Part shown: in pieces, positions 10,066 to 20,853 of the stretch | How positions within the stretch are numbered: the stretch's first letter is position 1 | How the letters are laid out: each line of letters starts with the position of its first letter | NCBI GenBank assembly: GCA_963797105.1 | Contig: CAWCOB010000001.1 | Coordinates: forward strand, 200,270 to 264,269 | Source of the DNA: an uncultured Solirubrobacteraceae bacterium | GTDB taxonomy: Bacteria > Actinomycetota > Thermoleophilia > Solirubrobacterales > Solirubrobacteraceae | DNA: 64,000 bases | Direction of reading: 5' to 3' | The notes under the pieces: generated by a model | The model's database searches: none | Told to the model about the DNA's origin: nothing | The model's input: the letters and a program-made list of their open reading frames with translations, nothing else | Translations under genes and position numbers: made by a program

Positions 10066-11526
10066 TTGAACCGTCCGATTATCCGCCTGTACGGCCTCGT
10101 CGCCCTGCTGTTCGCGCTGCTCGTCGCGTTCACCTCGCGCTGGACGGTCTTCGAAGCCGCATCGCTGCGCGACAACGCGCTCAACAAACGCACGCTGCTG
10201 GAGCAGGAGCGGATCGAACGCGGGCCGATCCTCGCCGACGACGGGACCGTGCTCGCGCGCAGCGTGCGCGGCGCCGAAGGCGTCTACCAGCGCGTCTACC
10301 CCACAGGCGAACTGTTCGCCCAGCCGATCGGCTATCACTATCTCGAACCGGACATCGGCAGCACGGGCGTGGAGCTGTTCCGCAACAAGGAACTGAACGG
10401 CCAGAGCGGGACGAACCTGCAGAGCGTGCTCGATCAGCTGCAAGGCAAGGAACCGCAGGGAGACAAGCTTGTCACGACGCTCGACCCGCGCGCCCAGCGC
10501 GTCGCCAGAGCCGCGCTCGCCGAACACGAAGGCGCGGTCGTCGCGCTCGACCCGCGCACCGGCGCCGTGCGTGTGATGGCCTCGACGCCGAGCTACAACC
10601 CCAACGCGCTGCGCTCGCCCGCGGCTGAAAGCAAACAGAGGCGCGAAATGGCATCCAACCCGGCCACCAAGTCGGAAGTCAACCGCGCCGTTCAGTTCGG
10701 CTACGCACCCGGGTCGACGTTCAAGATCGTGACCGCGACGGCCGCGATCGACACGGGCGAGTACACGCCCGAATCGACCGTGAGCGGCCGCAACGGCATC
10801 GTCGTCTCGGGCAAGCTGCTGCAGAACGACAACGGCGAGAGCTTCGGGGAAATCACGCTGAAGTACGCGCTCGCGCACTCGGTCAACACCGTCTACGCGC
10901 AGGTGGCCGAGCACCTCGGCAAGCCCACGCTCGGGCGCTACATGGAACGCTTCGGCTTCGACCGCAAGCCTGAGCTGGACTACCCGGCGGACGAGATGTC
11001 GGCGAGTGGCGAGCACAGCGGCGAAAGCATCGTCGCCCCCACCAGCCCGTCGGTCGACGTCGGGCGCATGGGCATCGGCCAGGACAAACTCGCGGTGACG
11101 CCGCTGCAGATGGCCGAGGTGGCGGCCGCGGTCGCCAACCACGGCACGCTGATGGCGCCTCACCTCGCGCAGCGCATCGTCGACTCCGAAGGGCGCACCG
11201 TGCAGACGATCGCCCCGCGCGTGCAGTCCGTCGTGATGAAGCCCTCGACGTCAGCGGCCGTGCGCTCGATGATGGAAGCGGTCGTCGAGGAAGGGACGGG
11301 CACCGCGGCGCAGATACCAGGCGTCCAGGTCGCCGGCAAGACCGGCACCGCGGAGACCCAGTTCGGGAACTCGATCAACAACGTGTGGTTCATCGCGTTC
11401 GCGCCCGCCGCCGACCCCAGGGTCGCGGTCGCGGTGACGCTCAAGGCCGTCCCCGGGGAAGGCGCGACGTTCGCCGCGCCCGTCGCCAGGGCCGTGATCG
11501 AAAGCCTGCTGAGCTCGCAGTCATGA
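10066..11526 (+). CDS. pbpA: Class B penicillin-binding protein PbpA
   Basis: PGSTFK (SxxK), SVN (SxN), KTG; N-terminal TM; operon context. Confidence 0.93.
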   Translation: MNRPIIRLYGLVALLFALLVAFTSRWTVFEAASLRDNALNKRTLLEQERIERGPILADDGTVLARSVRGAEGVYQRVYPTGELFAQPIGYHYLEPDIGSTGVELFRNKELNGQSGTNLQSVLDQLQGKEPQGDKLVTTLDPRAQRVARAALAEHEGAVVALDPRTGAVRVMASTPSYNPNALRSPAAESKQRREMASNPATKSEVNRAVQFGYAPGSTFKIVTATAAIDTGEYTPESTVSGRNGIVVSGKLLQNDNGESFGEITLKYALAHSVNTVYAQVAEHLGKPTLGRYMERFGFDRKPELDYPADEMSASGEHSGESIVAPTSPSVDVGRMGIGQDKLAVTPLQMAEVAAAVANHGTLMAPHLAQRIVDSEGRTVQTIAPRVQSVVMKPSTSAAVRSMMEAVVEEGTGTAAQIPGVQVAGKTGTAETQFGNSINNVWFIAFAPAADPRVAVAVTLKAVPGEGATFAAPVARAVIESLLSSQS

Positions 11527-13481
11527 TCGAGCCCGAGACGATCATCGACGGCCGCTACCGGGTGATCTCGCGCCTGGGCTCGGGAGGCATGGCCGACGTG
11601 TACCTAGCGCAGGACCAGCTGCTCGGCAGGGATGTCGCGGTCAAGGTGCTGCACCACCACTTCGCCGAAGACCAGGAGTTCGTCGAGCGCTTCCGCCGCG
11701 AGGCCTCGAGCGCCGCGGCGCTCTCACACCCGAACATCGTCGGGATCTTCGATCGCGGCGAGTGGAACGGCACTTACTACATCGCGATGGAGTACGTGGC
11801 GGGGCGCACGCTCAAGGCGATCGTGCGCGAGCAGGGCGCGCTCGACCCGGCGGCGGCGATCGAGATCGTCGTGCAGATCCTGCGCGCGGCGCGCTTCGCG
11901 CACCGCCGCGGCGTGATCCACCGAGACCTCAAGCCCCACAACGTGATCCTCGACGAAGAGGGCCGCGCGCGGGTCACCGACTTCGGGATCGCCCGCGCGG
12001 GCGCATCGGACATGACGCTCACGGGCTCGATCATGGGCACCGCCCAGTACCTGTCTCCCGAGCAGGCGCAGGGGCACGCCGTCAGCGCCGCCTCCGACCT
12101 GTATTCGATCGGCGTGATCCTGTACGAGCTGCTCACCGGCGTCGTGCCATTCGAGGGCGAGACCGCCGTGGCGGTCGCGTTCAAGCAGGTCGCGGCGGAG
12201 CCCAATCCGCCGAGCGTGCTGCGGCCGGGCCTGCCGCCCTCGCTCGACGCGGTCGTGCTGCGCGCGCTCGCCAAGGACCCGGCCGAGCGCTACGCCAGCG
12301 CCGACGAGCTGATCGCGGCGCTCGAGCACGAGCGCCAGCTGCTGCCCGCGCTCGCCGGCGCGGGTGGGGTCAGTGACCAGGTCCACCACGCCCCGCAGCC
12401 GTTGCCGCCGCACGCCGGCGTCGGCACGATGCTGCTGTCACAGCCGGGCACCGGGCAGTACGAGCTGGCGGGCGGCCAGGCGCCCGGCGAGCGCCGTCCC
12501 GGATGGCAGCGCGGGCTGCTGTGGGCGCTCGCGATCCTGCTGGTCGCCGGGCTCGCGGTGCTCGCGGTGGTGCTGCTCGAGCAGCCTGCCAAGTCGGTGA
12601 CGGTGCCGAACGTGACGGGGCTGAGCGAAGCAGCCGCCGGAGTCGCCCTGCGCGGCGCCGGCCTGAGCCAGCAACCATCGCTGGCCGCGAGCGTGAGCGT
12701 CCACAGCGGCCTCGTGATCAGCCAGACGCCGGCGGCGGGCTCGACGGTGAGCAAGGGCTCGCGTGTGGGGATCGTCGTCTCCGAGGGGCCCGCGAACGTG
12801 CCGTTGATGGATGTCACGAGCCTCACCGAGGCACAGGCGGTCGCGCAGCTGCACAAGGCGCGCTTCAAGACGAAGACGAAGTCGGAAGCGAGCAAGACGG
12901 TCGAAGTGGGCCGCGTGATCGGCACCGAGCCGCCGGCGGAAACCGACGTCGAGGAAGGACGCCTGATCACGCTGCTGGTATCGAGCGGCCCCGCGCCGGT
13001 GCACGTGCCAGATGTGACCGGACAGACGCTCGAAGCGGCGGAAGCGACGCTCACCAACGACGAACTGGGCGTCGGCACGGTCACCAGGCGCGTCTCCGCA
13101 ACGCAGTCGCCCGGCACGGTGCTCGAACAATCACCTGGCACCCGCAGCTCGGTGAGCGCCGGCTCGAAGGTCAACCTGACGGTCGCGCAGGCGCCGAAGG
13201 AAGTCGAAGTCCCGAACGTCGTCGGCGCGACCGAAGTCGCCGCCGAGGCGGCGCTCAAGCACGCCGGCTTCAAATCCGCGGTGCAGACGCGCCCGACGAG
13301 CGAACAGACGCAGGTCGGGATCGTGCTGGAACAGAGCCCGGCGGCGGCGGCGCGGGCGCGCAAGGGTACGACCGTGACGCTCGTGGTCGGCATGCTCAGC
13401 ACGACGACGACGACCGGCACGACCACGCCGACGACGACCACGACGACCACGCCGCCGACGCCGCCGGCTCCCGGCGAATGA
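11523..13481 (+). CDS. pknB: PASTA-domain Ser/Thr kinase (4 PASTA repeats, Thr-rich tail)
   Basis: GSGGMADVY, HRDLKPHN, DFGIA, GTAQYLSPEQ, TM, four PASTA repeats. Confidence 0.95.
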   Translation: MIEPETIIDGRYRVISRLGSGGMADVYLAQDQLLGRDVAVKVLHHHFAEDQEFVERFRREASSAAALSHPNIVGIFDRGEWNGTYYIAMEYVAGRTLKAIVREQGALDPAAAIEIVVQILRAARFAHRRGVIHRDLKPHNVILDEEGRARVTDFGIARAGASDMTLTGSIMGTAQYLSPEQAQGHAVSAASDLYSIGVILYELLTGVVPFEGETAVAVAFKQVAAEPNPPSVLRPGLPPSLDAVVLRALAKDPAERYASADELIAALEHERQLLPALAGAGGVSDQVHHAPQPLPPHAGVGTMLLSQPGTGQYELAGGQAPGERRPGWQRGLLWALAILLVAGLAVLAVVLLEQPAKSVTVPNVTGLSEAAAGVALRGAGLSQQPSLAASVSVHSGLVISQTPAAGSTVSKGSRVGIVVSEGPANVPLMDVTSLTEAQAVAQLHKARFKTKTKSEASKTVEVGRVIGTEPPAETDVEEGRLITLLVSSGPAPVHVPDVTGQTLEAAEATLTNDELGVGTVTRRVSATQSPGTVLEQSPGTRSSVSAGSKVNLTVAQAPKEVEVPNVVGATEVAAEAALKHAGFKSAVQTRPTSEQTQVGIVLEQSPAAAARARKGTTVTLVVGMLSTTTTTGTTTPTTTTTTTPPTPPAPGE

Positions 13482-14530
13482 CCGGCGAGCGGCTCGTCGT
13501 CGCCGTGCTCGCCGGTGGCCGCTCCTCCGAGCACGACGTCTCGCTGTCCTCGGGAGCCGCCGTGCGCGAGGGGCTGACCGGCGCCGGCCACGAGGTCGTG
13601 TGGGTGGAGATCGGCCGCGACGGGGTGTGGCGTTGCGAGGGGCAGCCGCTGAGCGTGATGCCGGGGGGCGGTCTGCTCGGCGCGGATGTCGTGTTCCCGG
13701 TGCTGCACGGCCCGTTCGGTGAGGACGGAACGGTGCAGGGGCTGCTGGAGACGCTCGACGTGGCCTATGTGGGGGCGGGTGTGGCGGCATCCGCGGTGTG
13801 CCTGGACAAGGTGCTGTTCAAGCAGCTGATGTCTGCGATCGGGATCGCGCAGGTCGACTACGTGGGTGTGCGCGCGGAGCGCTACATGCGCTCGCGCGAG
13901 CACGCCCTGGCGGAGATCGCGAGGATCGCGCGCCTCGGCCTGCCGGTGTTCGTCAAGCCCGCCCATCAGGGCTCCTCCGTCGGGATCGCCAAGGTGAGCG
14001 CCGAGGAGCAGCTCGCGGACGCGCTCGAGCAGGCATTCGGCCACGACGGCCTCGTGATCGTCGAGGCGGCGGCGGTCGGCAAGGAGGTCGAGTGCGGCGT
14101 GCTCGGGTCGCTTGGCGAGGACGGGCGGCAGGCTGGGGAGCCGGCGTTCGCCTCAGAGCCCGGCGAGATCTTGTTCTCGGGCGACTTCTACGACTACGGC
14201 GCCAAGTACTCCCCGGGCGCGATGGAGCTGAGGATTCCCGCTGAGATCTCCGCCGGCGTCCGCGAGCAGGTCCGCGAGCTCGCCGTGCGCGTGTTCGAGG
14301 CGACGGGCTGCGAGGGCCTGGCGCGAGTCGACTTCTTCGTCGCACCGTCCCCCGGCGGGGACGGCGAGCGCGTGCTGGTGAACGAGCTGAACACGATGCC
14401 CGGCTTCACGCCGACGAGCGTCTACGCAAAGCTGCTCGAGGCGTCCGGCGTCCCGTATCCGCAGCTTGTCGATCGCCTCTGCCGGCTGGCGCTCGAGCGC
14501 CACGAGCGACAGCGCTCCTACAGCTTCTGA
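13478..14530 (+). CDS. ddl: D-alanine--D-alanine ligase
   Basis: GGRSSEHDVS, LHGPFGEDG, GSSVG, FYDYGAKY, NELNTMPGFT. Confidence 0.95.
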   Translation: MTGERLVVAVLAGGRSSEHDVSLSSGAAVREGLTGAGHEVVWVEIGRDGVWRCEGQPLSVMPGGGLLGADVVFPVLHGPFGEDGTVQGLLETLDVAYVGAGVAASAVCLDKVLFKQLMSAIGIAQVDYVGVRAERYMRSREHALAEIARIARLGLPVFVKPAHQGSSVGIAKVSAEEQLADALEQAFGHDGLVIVEAAAVGKEVECGVLGSLGEDGRQAGEPAFASEPGEILFSGDFYDYGAKYSPGAMELRIPAEISAGVREQVRELAVRVFEATGCEGLARVDFFVAPSPGGDGERVLVNELNTMPGFTPTSVYAKLLEASGVPYPQLVDRLCRLALERHERQRSYSF

Positions 14531-14579
14531 GTCGCGTATCCACGCGTGCGCCGCTGCCGGGGCTCCGCTCGCGGCGGCG

Positions 14580-16151
14580 TTACTTGAACAGCGTCAGCTC
14601 GGCGATCGTCGCCGACTCCATCCCCGGCGGAAGCGTCGTCAGCCACACCAGGTAGTAGCGATGAGGGCGCCCGTGGAGCGCGAGCGGGACGCGCTCGCCG
14701 CTGCGCACGTGCGCGCTCGCGCCCACCGGGCCCTGCCACCCGCGCGCCAGCAAAGGCGTCGAGTCGCCGTAGCCCAGTTCGAGCTGGGGGCGGTCGCCCA
14801 CGTAGACCTGCACCGCGAAGCCCGGGGTCGGCGTCTGGACTTCGAGCGCCTTGGCGAGCACCCGCGGAGCGGCATCGAGGTAGATGCCGAGGCCGACGCC
14901 GCCGGACTTCTTGAGCGTGCCGTCGTAGTACTGCTCGGTGCTCCACGTCGTGTTCGGGTCGCCGTCGACGACGTTGCCGATCAGGTCGCGGTTTTCGGGG
15001 CCCGTACCGAACGGGTTGTAGTCGTGCGCCGCCGCCTGGCCCAGCTGCACGGGTTCCAGCCCGGCGTGCGCGACGATTCCCGGCACCTGCCCCGGGCCAC
15101 GGTGAGCCCGGTCGGCCGCGATCGCGAGCACGATCGCGGCGATCGCGACGAGCAGCCCGAGCGACAGCGCCCAGCGCGCCGGATGGCGCATGCGCCACGG
15201 CAGCCGCCGGCGGGCCGAGCCCGGAAGCGTGCGCAGCACGCTCGTGACCTCGCCGGTCGCCTGCCCGGAGCGGGAGGCCTCGACGGCGAGCACCTCCTCG
15301 AGGTCGGCGACCATGCTGGCGGCGTCCTCGTAGCGGCGCGAGAGGTCCTTGGAGACCGCGCGTTCGACCACCGCCGCGGTCGCCGCCGAGATCTGCGGGC
15401 GCAGCCGCTGCACGTCGGGGACGTCCTCGCGCACGTGCTTCATCGCGACGGCGACCGGCGAGCTGGCATGGAAGGGGACCTGCCCGGTCAGCATCTCGAA
15501 CAGCACCACGCCCAGCGAGTACAGGTCCGACTGTCCGGTCACCGGCTGCCCGAGCGCCTGCTCGGGTGAGACGTAATCGGTCGTGCCGAGCACGCGGCCG
15601 GCCATCGTCAGGCCTTCCTCCGAGAGCGAGCGAGCGATGCCGAAGTCGGTGATCTTCGCGCCGCCTTCCTCGCTGATCAGCACGTTGTGGGGCTTGACGT
15701 CGCGGTGCACGATCTGGCGCTCGTGGGCCGCGCCGAGCGCGCGCGCGATCTCGATCGCATACGCGATCGCCTGCGGGATGTCGAGCGGGCCCTCGCGGCG
15801 GATGACGTCCTTGAGCGTCTCGCCGTCGATGTACTCGAGCACGATGTAAGGCGTGCCTACGGCGCCGTGAGGGTGGGTGAGGCTCGGTTCCCCGCCCTCG
15901 GGCGAGGCCTCCTCGCCCGCGTCGATCACGGTCACGACGTGCGCGTGGTTGAGCTGCGCCACCGAGCGCGCCTCGCGGCGGAAGCGCTCGAGCTGATCGG
16001 AGTCGGCAGCGATCTCGCGGTGCATCAGCTTGATCGCGACCGGTCGCTCGAGCACCGTGTCGAACGCGCGATAGACGGTCGACATGCCGCCGCGGCCGAT
16101 CTCGGCGTCAAGCCTGTAGCGCCCGCCGATCACCGTCCCGAGTGCAGTCAT
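14580..16151 (-). CDS. Ser/Thr kinase with TM and extracellular galactose-binding-like beta-sandwich
   Basis: GRGGMSTVY, HRDVKPHN, DFGIA; C-terminal VDGDPNTTWST...IAELTLF. Confidence 0.9.
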   Translation of the reverse strand: MTALGTVIGGRYRLDAEIGRGGMSTVYRAFDTVLERPVAIKLMHREIAADSDQLERFRREARSVAQLNHAHVVTVIDAGEEASPEGGEPSLTHPHGAVGTPYIVLEYIDGETLKDVIRREGPLDIPQAIAYAIEIARALGAAHERQIVHRDVKPHNVLISEEGGAKITDFGIARSLSEEGLTMAGRVLGTTDYVSPEQALGQPVTGQSDLYSLGVVLFEMLTGQVPFHASSPVAVAMKHVREDVPDVQRLRPQISAATAAVVERAVSKDLSRRYEDAASMVADLEEVLAVEASRSGQATGEVTSVLRTLPGSARRRLPWRMRHPARWALSLGLLVAIAAIVLAIAADRAHRGPGQVPGIVAHAGLEPVQLGQAAAHDYNPFGTGPENRDLIGNVVDGDPNTTWSTEQYYDGTLKKSGGVGLGIYLDAAPRVLAKALEVQTPTPGFAVQVYVGDRPQLELGYGDSTPLLARGWQGPVGASAHVRSGERVPLALHGRPHRYYLVWLTTLPPGMESATIAELTLFK

Positions 16152-16173
16152 GGGCCCCTATTGTGCGCGCACG

Positions 16174-17013
16174 CTAGGCGGCGCGGCGGCTGCGCGCGAT
16201 CACGAGCGCCGCGAGCGCGCAGCGGTAGAGCGCGGCCGGCCACAGCGGCTGGCCGTCGCGCAGCTGGCGCCGCAGCGCTCGCGCGCTCGCCAGCGTTGAC
16301 AGGAACGCAGCGCCAGCGCCGGCGCCCAGCACGACGCGGTGCTCGCGCGCCACGCCGCCGCGCCGCATGCGCACGCTCTTCAGAGCGCTGGCGCCAAGCA
16401 TCACGGGAAGCCCCGCATGCCAGGAGAGCCGCTGGGCGTCCGCGCGCGCGAATCCGCGCGCGCGCGCCGCCGCGAGCGTGGCTCCGTTACGCGAAATGCC
16501 CGGGATCAGCGCCGCTGCCTGCGCGAGGCCCAGCGCCAGCCCGTCGCGCGCGACCGCGTCCTGGAGACCGCGTTCTCCGTCCGTCCGTCCGTCCGCCCGC
16601 CGGTCGGCGAGCGCCATCGCCACGCCTCCAGCGGCCAGCGCCACCGCGATCGAGCCGGGCTCTCCCAGCGCTCGCTCGATCGCCGGGCCCAGTGCGTAGC
16701 CCGCGAGCGCCGGCGGTGCCAGGGCAAGCGCGATCACGCTCGCCCGCCGGCGGTCGACGTGCGTCGCCTCGCCCAGCAGCTCGCCGCGCATGTGGATCGC
16801 GAGCGCCACGGCAGCACCTGCATGCAGGGCGACCTCGAAGGACTTGCGCAGCGCTCCGTCCAGGCGCGCGTACGGCCAGCCCGCGAGCCACGGCAGCAGC
16901 GTGGTGTGGGCCGAGGAGGAGATCGGCAGCAGCTCGACGGGCCCCTGCAGCAGCCCGAGCGCGATCGCGTGTCGCAGCGCCAGCGCGCCGTCGGGACCCT
17001 CAGCCGACGGCAT
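16174..17013 (-). CDS. uppP: Undecaprenyl-diphosphate phosphatase
   Basis: QGPVELLPISSSAH, PGISRNGAT. Confidence 0.9.
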   Translation of the reverse strand: MPSAEGPDGALALRHAIALGLLQGPVELLPISSSAHTTLLPWLAGWPYARLDGALRKSFEVALHAGAAVALAIHMRGELLGEATHVDRRRASVIALALAPPALAGYALGPAIERALGEPGSIAVALAAGGVAMALADRRADGRTDGERGLQDAVARDGLALGLAQAAALIPGISRNGATLAAARARGFARADAQRLSWHAGLPVMLGASALKSVRMRRGGVAREHRVVLGAGAGAAFLSTLASARALRRQLRDGQPLWPAALYRCALAALVIARSRRAA

Positions 17014-17665
17014 CGGCCGCCGCGTCGCGCCGCGCCCGGCGGCGACGCACGAGCGCGTAGACGATGCCCGCCACGATCAGGGCGACGACCACGTAGTCGA
17101 CGTACTCGAAGCCCTTGCGCACGCTCGTCCAGTCGTTGCCGAGCGCGTGCCCGGCGAGCGCCAGCCCGAGCACCCACGGGAGCGCGCCGATCAGCGAGAA
17201 CACCGTGAAGCGCCCGAGCGGCATCCGCGCGACGCCCGCGGGCAGCGACACGAACGCGCGCACCACCGGGATCACGCGCCCGAACAGCACGGCGGCCTCG
17301 CCGTGGCGCTGGAACCACTCGTCACCTCGTTCGATCTGCGCCGGTCCCATGTGCAGCTTCGCGCCATGGCGTTCGAACAGCTCGAGGCGCCCGCCGCGCC
17401 CGATCGCGTAGGTGGCCCACGAGCCTACCATCGTCCCGAGCAGCCCCGCGAGCACGATGCCGACCATCGTCAGGTGGTGGTGCGATGCGCTCTGACCGTG
17501 ATCGGCGACGGCGAAGCCGGCGAACAGCATCACGACCTCCGACGGGATCGGGATGCACGCGCTCGAGATCGCCATCAGCGCGAAGATCCCCGGCAGCCCG
17601 GCGTCGCGGACGAAGTGCGAGGTTTCGTTGACGAGCGTTTCGGAGATCGAGGCGAGCACCAGCAT
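17000..17665 (-). CDS. dedA: DedA-family membrane protein
   Basis: PIPSEVVMLFAG, FGRVIPVVRAFVSLPAG. Confidence 0.92.
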   Translation of the reverse strand: MLVLASISETLVNETSHFVRDAGLPGIFALMAISSACIPIPSEVVMLFAGFAVADHGQSASHHHLTMVGIVLAGLLGTMVGSWATYAIGRGGRLELFERHGAKLHMGPAQIERGDEWFQRHGEAAVLFGRVIPVVRAFVSLPAGVARMPLGRFTVFSLIGALPWVLGLALAGHALGNDWTSVRKGFEYVDYVVVALIVAGIVYALVRRRRARRDAAADAVG

Positions 17666-17727
17666 CGGCCGGCCAACGATAGCTGCGATCCAGGGCCGAT
17701 CGCCGTCGACCGTTAGCGTCTGCGCCG

Positions 17728-18770
17728 ATGCGCGTCTGGATCGACCTCACGAACAGCCCGCACGTGCTCGTCATGCGCCCCGTGATCGAGCGCCTGCGCG
17801 CGGACGGCCACGACGTGCGCGTGACCGCACGCGACTTCGCCCAGACGATCGAGCTGTGCGAGCGCCTCGGCGTCGCGCACACGCAGATCGGCCACCATCG
17901 CGGCGGGCGCATGGGCGCCAAGGCGGTCGGCCTCGCGTCGCGCTCGGCAGCGCTCGTACGCTGGGCGCGCGCCGAGCAACGCGGGTCCGGAGCTCACCCG
18001 CCGTTCGACATCGCGCTCGGCCACGGCTCCAACGACATCACCATCGCGGCCGCGATGCTGCGCATCCCCAGCTCGACGATGTTCGACTACGAGTGGGCGA
18101 CGATCCAGCACAACGTCAACTGCCGGCTCGCGCGCGCCGTCGTCGTCCCGGATGCGATCCCGCCGCAGCGCCTGGATCGCTACGGCGCCAGGGGAAAGGT
18201 GCGCGCGTACGCGGGCCTCAAGGAGGAGTACTACCTGTCCGACTTCGAGCCCGACGCACGACGGTGCTCGCCGAGCTCGCCCTCGAGCCGTCCCGCGCGA
18301 TCGTGGTCGTGCGCACGCCGCCCGTCGTCTCGCTGTACCACCGCTTCGAGAACGATCTGTTCGCGCGTGTGCTCGAGCGTCTGAGCGCGTCCGCGGCCGA
18401 GCACGGCACCCAGGTGGTGGTGCTGCCGCGCGTCGCCTCGCAGCGCGAGGAGCTCGCGCGCGTGCCCGGCTTCGTCGTCCCCGAGCACGCCGTCGACGCG
18501 CAGTCGCTGATCGCCCATGCCGATGTCGTGATCTCGGCGGGAGGCACGATGAACCGTGAGGCGGTGGCGCTGGGCACGCCCGTCTACACCACCTTCCAAG
18601 GCCGGCTGGGCGCGGTCGACGAGCGCCTGATCGCCGAACGGCGGCTGCGCATGCTCACCGCCGCGGAGGATCTCGAGCTGGGCAAGCGCGCGCCCGGCAG
18701 CGCAGTGCCGCGCGTACGTCGCGACCCCGGCGTGCTCGTCGGGCTGCTGCTCTCGCCTGTGTCCGACTGA
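17728..18770 (+). CDS. DUF354-family GT-B-like protein (frameshift near 18258)
   Basis: MRVWIDLTNSPHV, GLKEEYY, SAGGTMNREAVALGTP. Confidence 0.85.
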
Positions 18771-18825
18771 GCCGCGGGTGCGTGGGCCGCAACGCGCAGT
18801 CGTGACGACGCTTACAATCCTCACA

Positions 18826-20853
18826 ATGCGCCGACGGATCCGCTCGGCGGCCCTGCCCCTCCACCGTCACTCGCTGCCACAGCTCGCCGTGGACGGGGCG
18901 CTGGTCGCGCTCGCGTACTACCTCGCCTTCCAGCTGCGCTTCGAGAGCGGCCCTTCGGCCCAGTACGCGCACCTGCGCGAGGACACGATCTGGTGGGTGC
19001 TGGCCGGGAGCCTGCCGGTGCTCGTGCTCTCGCGCGTCTACCAGCGCCGTTGGCGCTACGCCGGCCAGCGCGACTACGAGTCGCTCGTGCGCGCAGTGGT
19101 CGTGATCTTGCTGCTCACGGTCGTCGCGATCCAGGTGCTGCGCCCGGTCTACCGCTACCCCGGGGGCAACACCGTCGCCGTGGTGCTGCCCAACGGCGTG
19201 ATCGTGCTATTCGCGTTGCTGTCGCTCGTGTTCCTCGTGGGCGTGCGCGCGCTCGCGCGCAGCGTCTACGAGCGCCGGCCGCTCGCGTTCTTCGCGGGCA
19301 GCAAGAGCGAGCGCACCGTGCTGATCGCCGGCGCGGGCGACGGCGGGCGCATGGTGATCCGCGAGATCATGCGCAACCGCGAGCTCGGCCTGCTGCCGGT
19401 GGGCTTCCTCGACGACGACCCGTTGAAGCTGAGCCTGCGCATCGACGGCGTGCGCGTGCGCGGCAACACCCAGGGCGATCTGCCGCGCATCCTCGACGAG
19501 GCCGAGCCCGACGAAGTGATCATCGCGATCCCCTCCGCCCCGGGATCGACGCGCGCGCGGATCGTGCGCGAGTGCCGCTCGCGCGGGATCCCCGTGCGCA
19601 CGCTGCCGACGGTGTTCGAGCTGCTGCAGACGCGTGGCACGCTCACCAGGCAGATGCGCGAGGTGCGCGTCGAGGACGTGCTCGGGCGCGAGCCCGTGCT
19701 CATGGAGCTCGAGCGCGTCGGCGCGTACCTGGCCGGCGAGACCGTGCTCGTCACCGGCGCCGGCGGCTCGATCGGCTCCGAGCTGTGCCGTCAGATCGCG
19801 CGCGTGGAGCCGCATCGGATCGTGCTGTTCGATCACGCCGAGGACAACCTGTTCGCGATCCAGCGCGAGCTCGAGGACGAGCGCCACGTGCCGCCGTCGA
19901 TGCTCGCGGCGGTGCTCGCCGACTGCAAGGAGGAGGAGCGCATGCGCGAGGTGTTCGGAGAGCACGAGCCGACGGTCGTGTTCCACGCGGCCGCCTACAA
20001 GCACGTCGGCCTGATGGAGACCAACCCGGTCGAGGCGGTCCGCAACAACGCGATCGGCACGCGCGTCGTCGCGCACGTCGCGGGCGAGACGGGCGTCGCG
20101 CGCTTCGTGCTCGTCTCGACCGACAAGGCGGTCGCGCCGGCGACCGTCATGGGCGCGTCCAAGGCGCTCGCCGAGTTCGCGCTCGAGGCCGCCTCGGCGC
20201 GCTGGCCGCAGACGCGCTACAACGCCGTGCGCTTCGGCAACGTGCTCGGCTCCTCCGGCAGCGTCGTGCCGATCTTCCGCCGCCAGATCGAGCGCGGCGG
20301 TCCGGTGACCGTGACCGACGAGCGCATGACCCGCTACTTCATGACGATCCCCGAGGCCGTGCAGCTGATCATCCGCTCCGGCTCGCTCGCGGCCGCCCGC
20401 GACGCGCGAGGCGCCGAGGTGTTCGTGCTCGACATGGGCGAGCCCGTGCGCATCATCGACCTCGCGCGCGCGATGATCGAGCTGTCGGGCCTGGACCCCG
20501 ATCGCGACATCGACATCGAGATCGTCGGCGCGCGCGACGGCGAGAAGCTCGACGAGGAGCTCTTCAACAGCTACGAGCGCCGGCGCCCCACCGACGCGGA
20601 GAAGATCGTGCTCGCCGAACGCGAGCCGCTCGCCAGCGACGCGGTCGAGTCGATGTTCGCGGAGATCGGCCTGCTCGTGCTCGAGGGCGACGCCGCCGGC
20701 CTCGCGGCGAAGGTCTCCGAGCTCGCGGCCGCGCGCCGCGAGACGCCGGTGGCGGACGCGCTCGAGGCGCTCGACGGGGGGGAATCAAATGGTGTGGGCC
20801 CGCTTGACCGGCACGATGCGCCTGCGCCCCTCGTACACTCCCCGCATTCATGA
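18826..20853 (+). CDS. CapD/PglF-type membrane-bound NDP-sugar 4,6-dehydratase
   Basis: N-terminal TMs; TGAGGSIGSEL, HAAAYKHV, STDKAV, RFGNVLGSSGSV, MTRYFMTIPEA. Confidence 0.93.
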   Translation: MRRRIRSAALPLHRHSLPQLAVDGALVALAYYLAFQLRFESGPSAQYAHLREDTIWWVLAGSLPVLVLSRVYQRRWRYAGQRDYESLVRAVVVILLLTVVAIQVLRPVYRYPGGNTVAVVLPNGVIVLFALLSLVFLVGVRALARSVYERRPLAFFAGSKSERTVLIAGAGDGGRMVIREIMRNRELGLLPVGFLDDDPLKLSLRIDGVRVRGNTQGDLPRILDEAEPDEVIIAIPSAPGSTRARIVRECRSRGIPVRTLPTVFELLQTRGTLTRQMREVRVEDVLGREPVLMELERVGAYLAGETVLVTGAGGSIGSELCRQIARVEPHRIVLFDHAEDNLFAIQRELEDERHVPPSMLAAVLADCKEEERMREVFGEHEPTVVFHAAAYKHVGLMETNPVEAVRNNAIGTRVVAHVAGETGVARFVLVSTDKAVAPATVMGASKALAEFALEAASARWPQTRYNAVRFGNVLGSSGSVVPIFRRQIERGGPVTVTDERMTRYFMTIPEAVQLIIRSGSLAAARDARGAEVFVLDMGEPVRIIDLARAMIELSGLDPDRDIDIEIVGARDGEKLDEELFNSYERRRPTDAEKIVLAEREPLASDAVESMFAEIGLLVLEGDAAGLAAKVSELAAARRETPVADALEALDGGESNGVGPLDRHDAPAPLVHSPHS

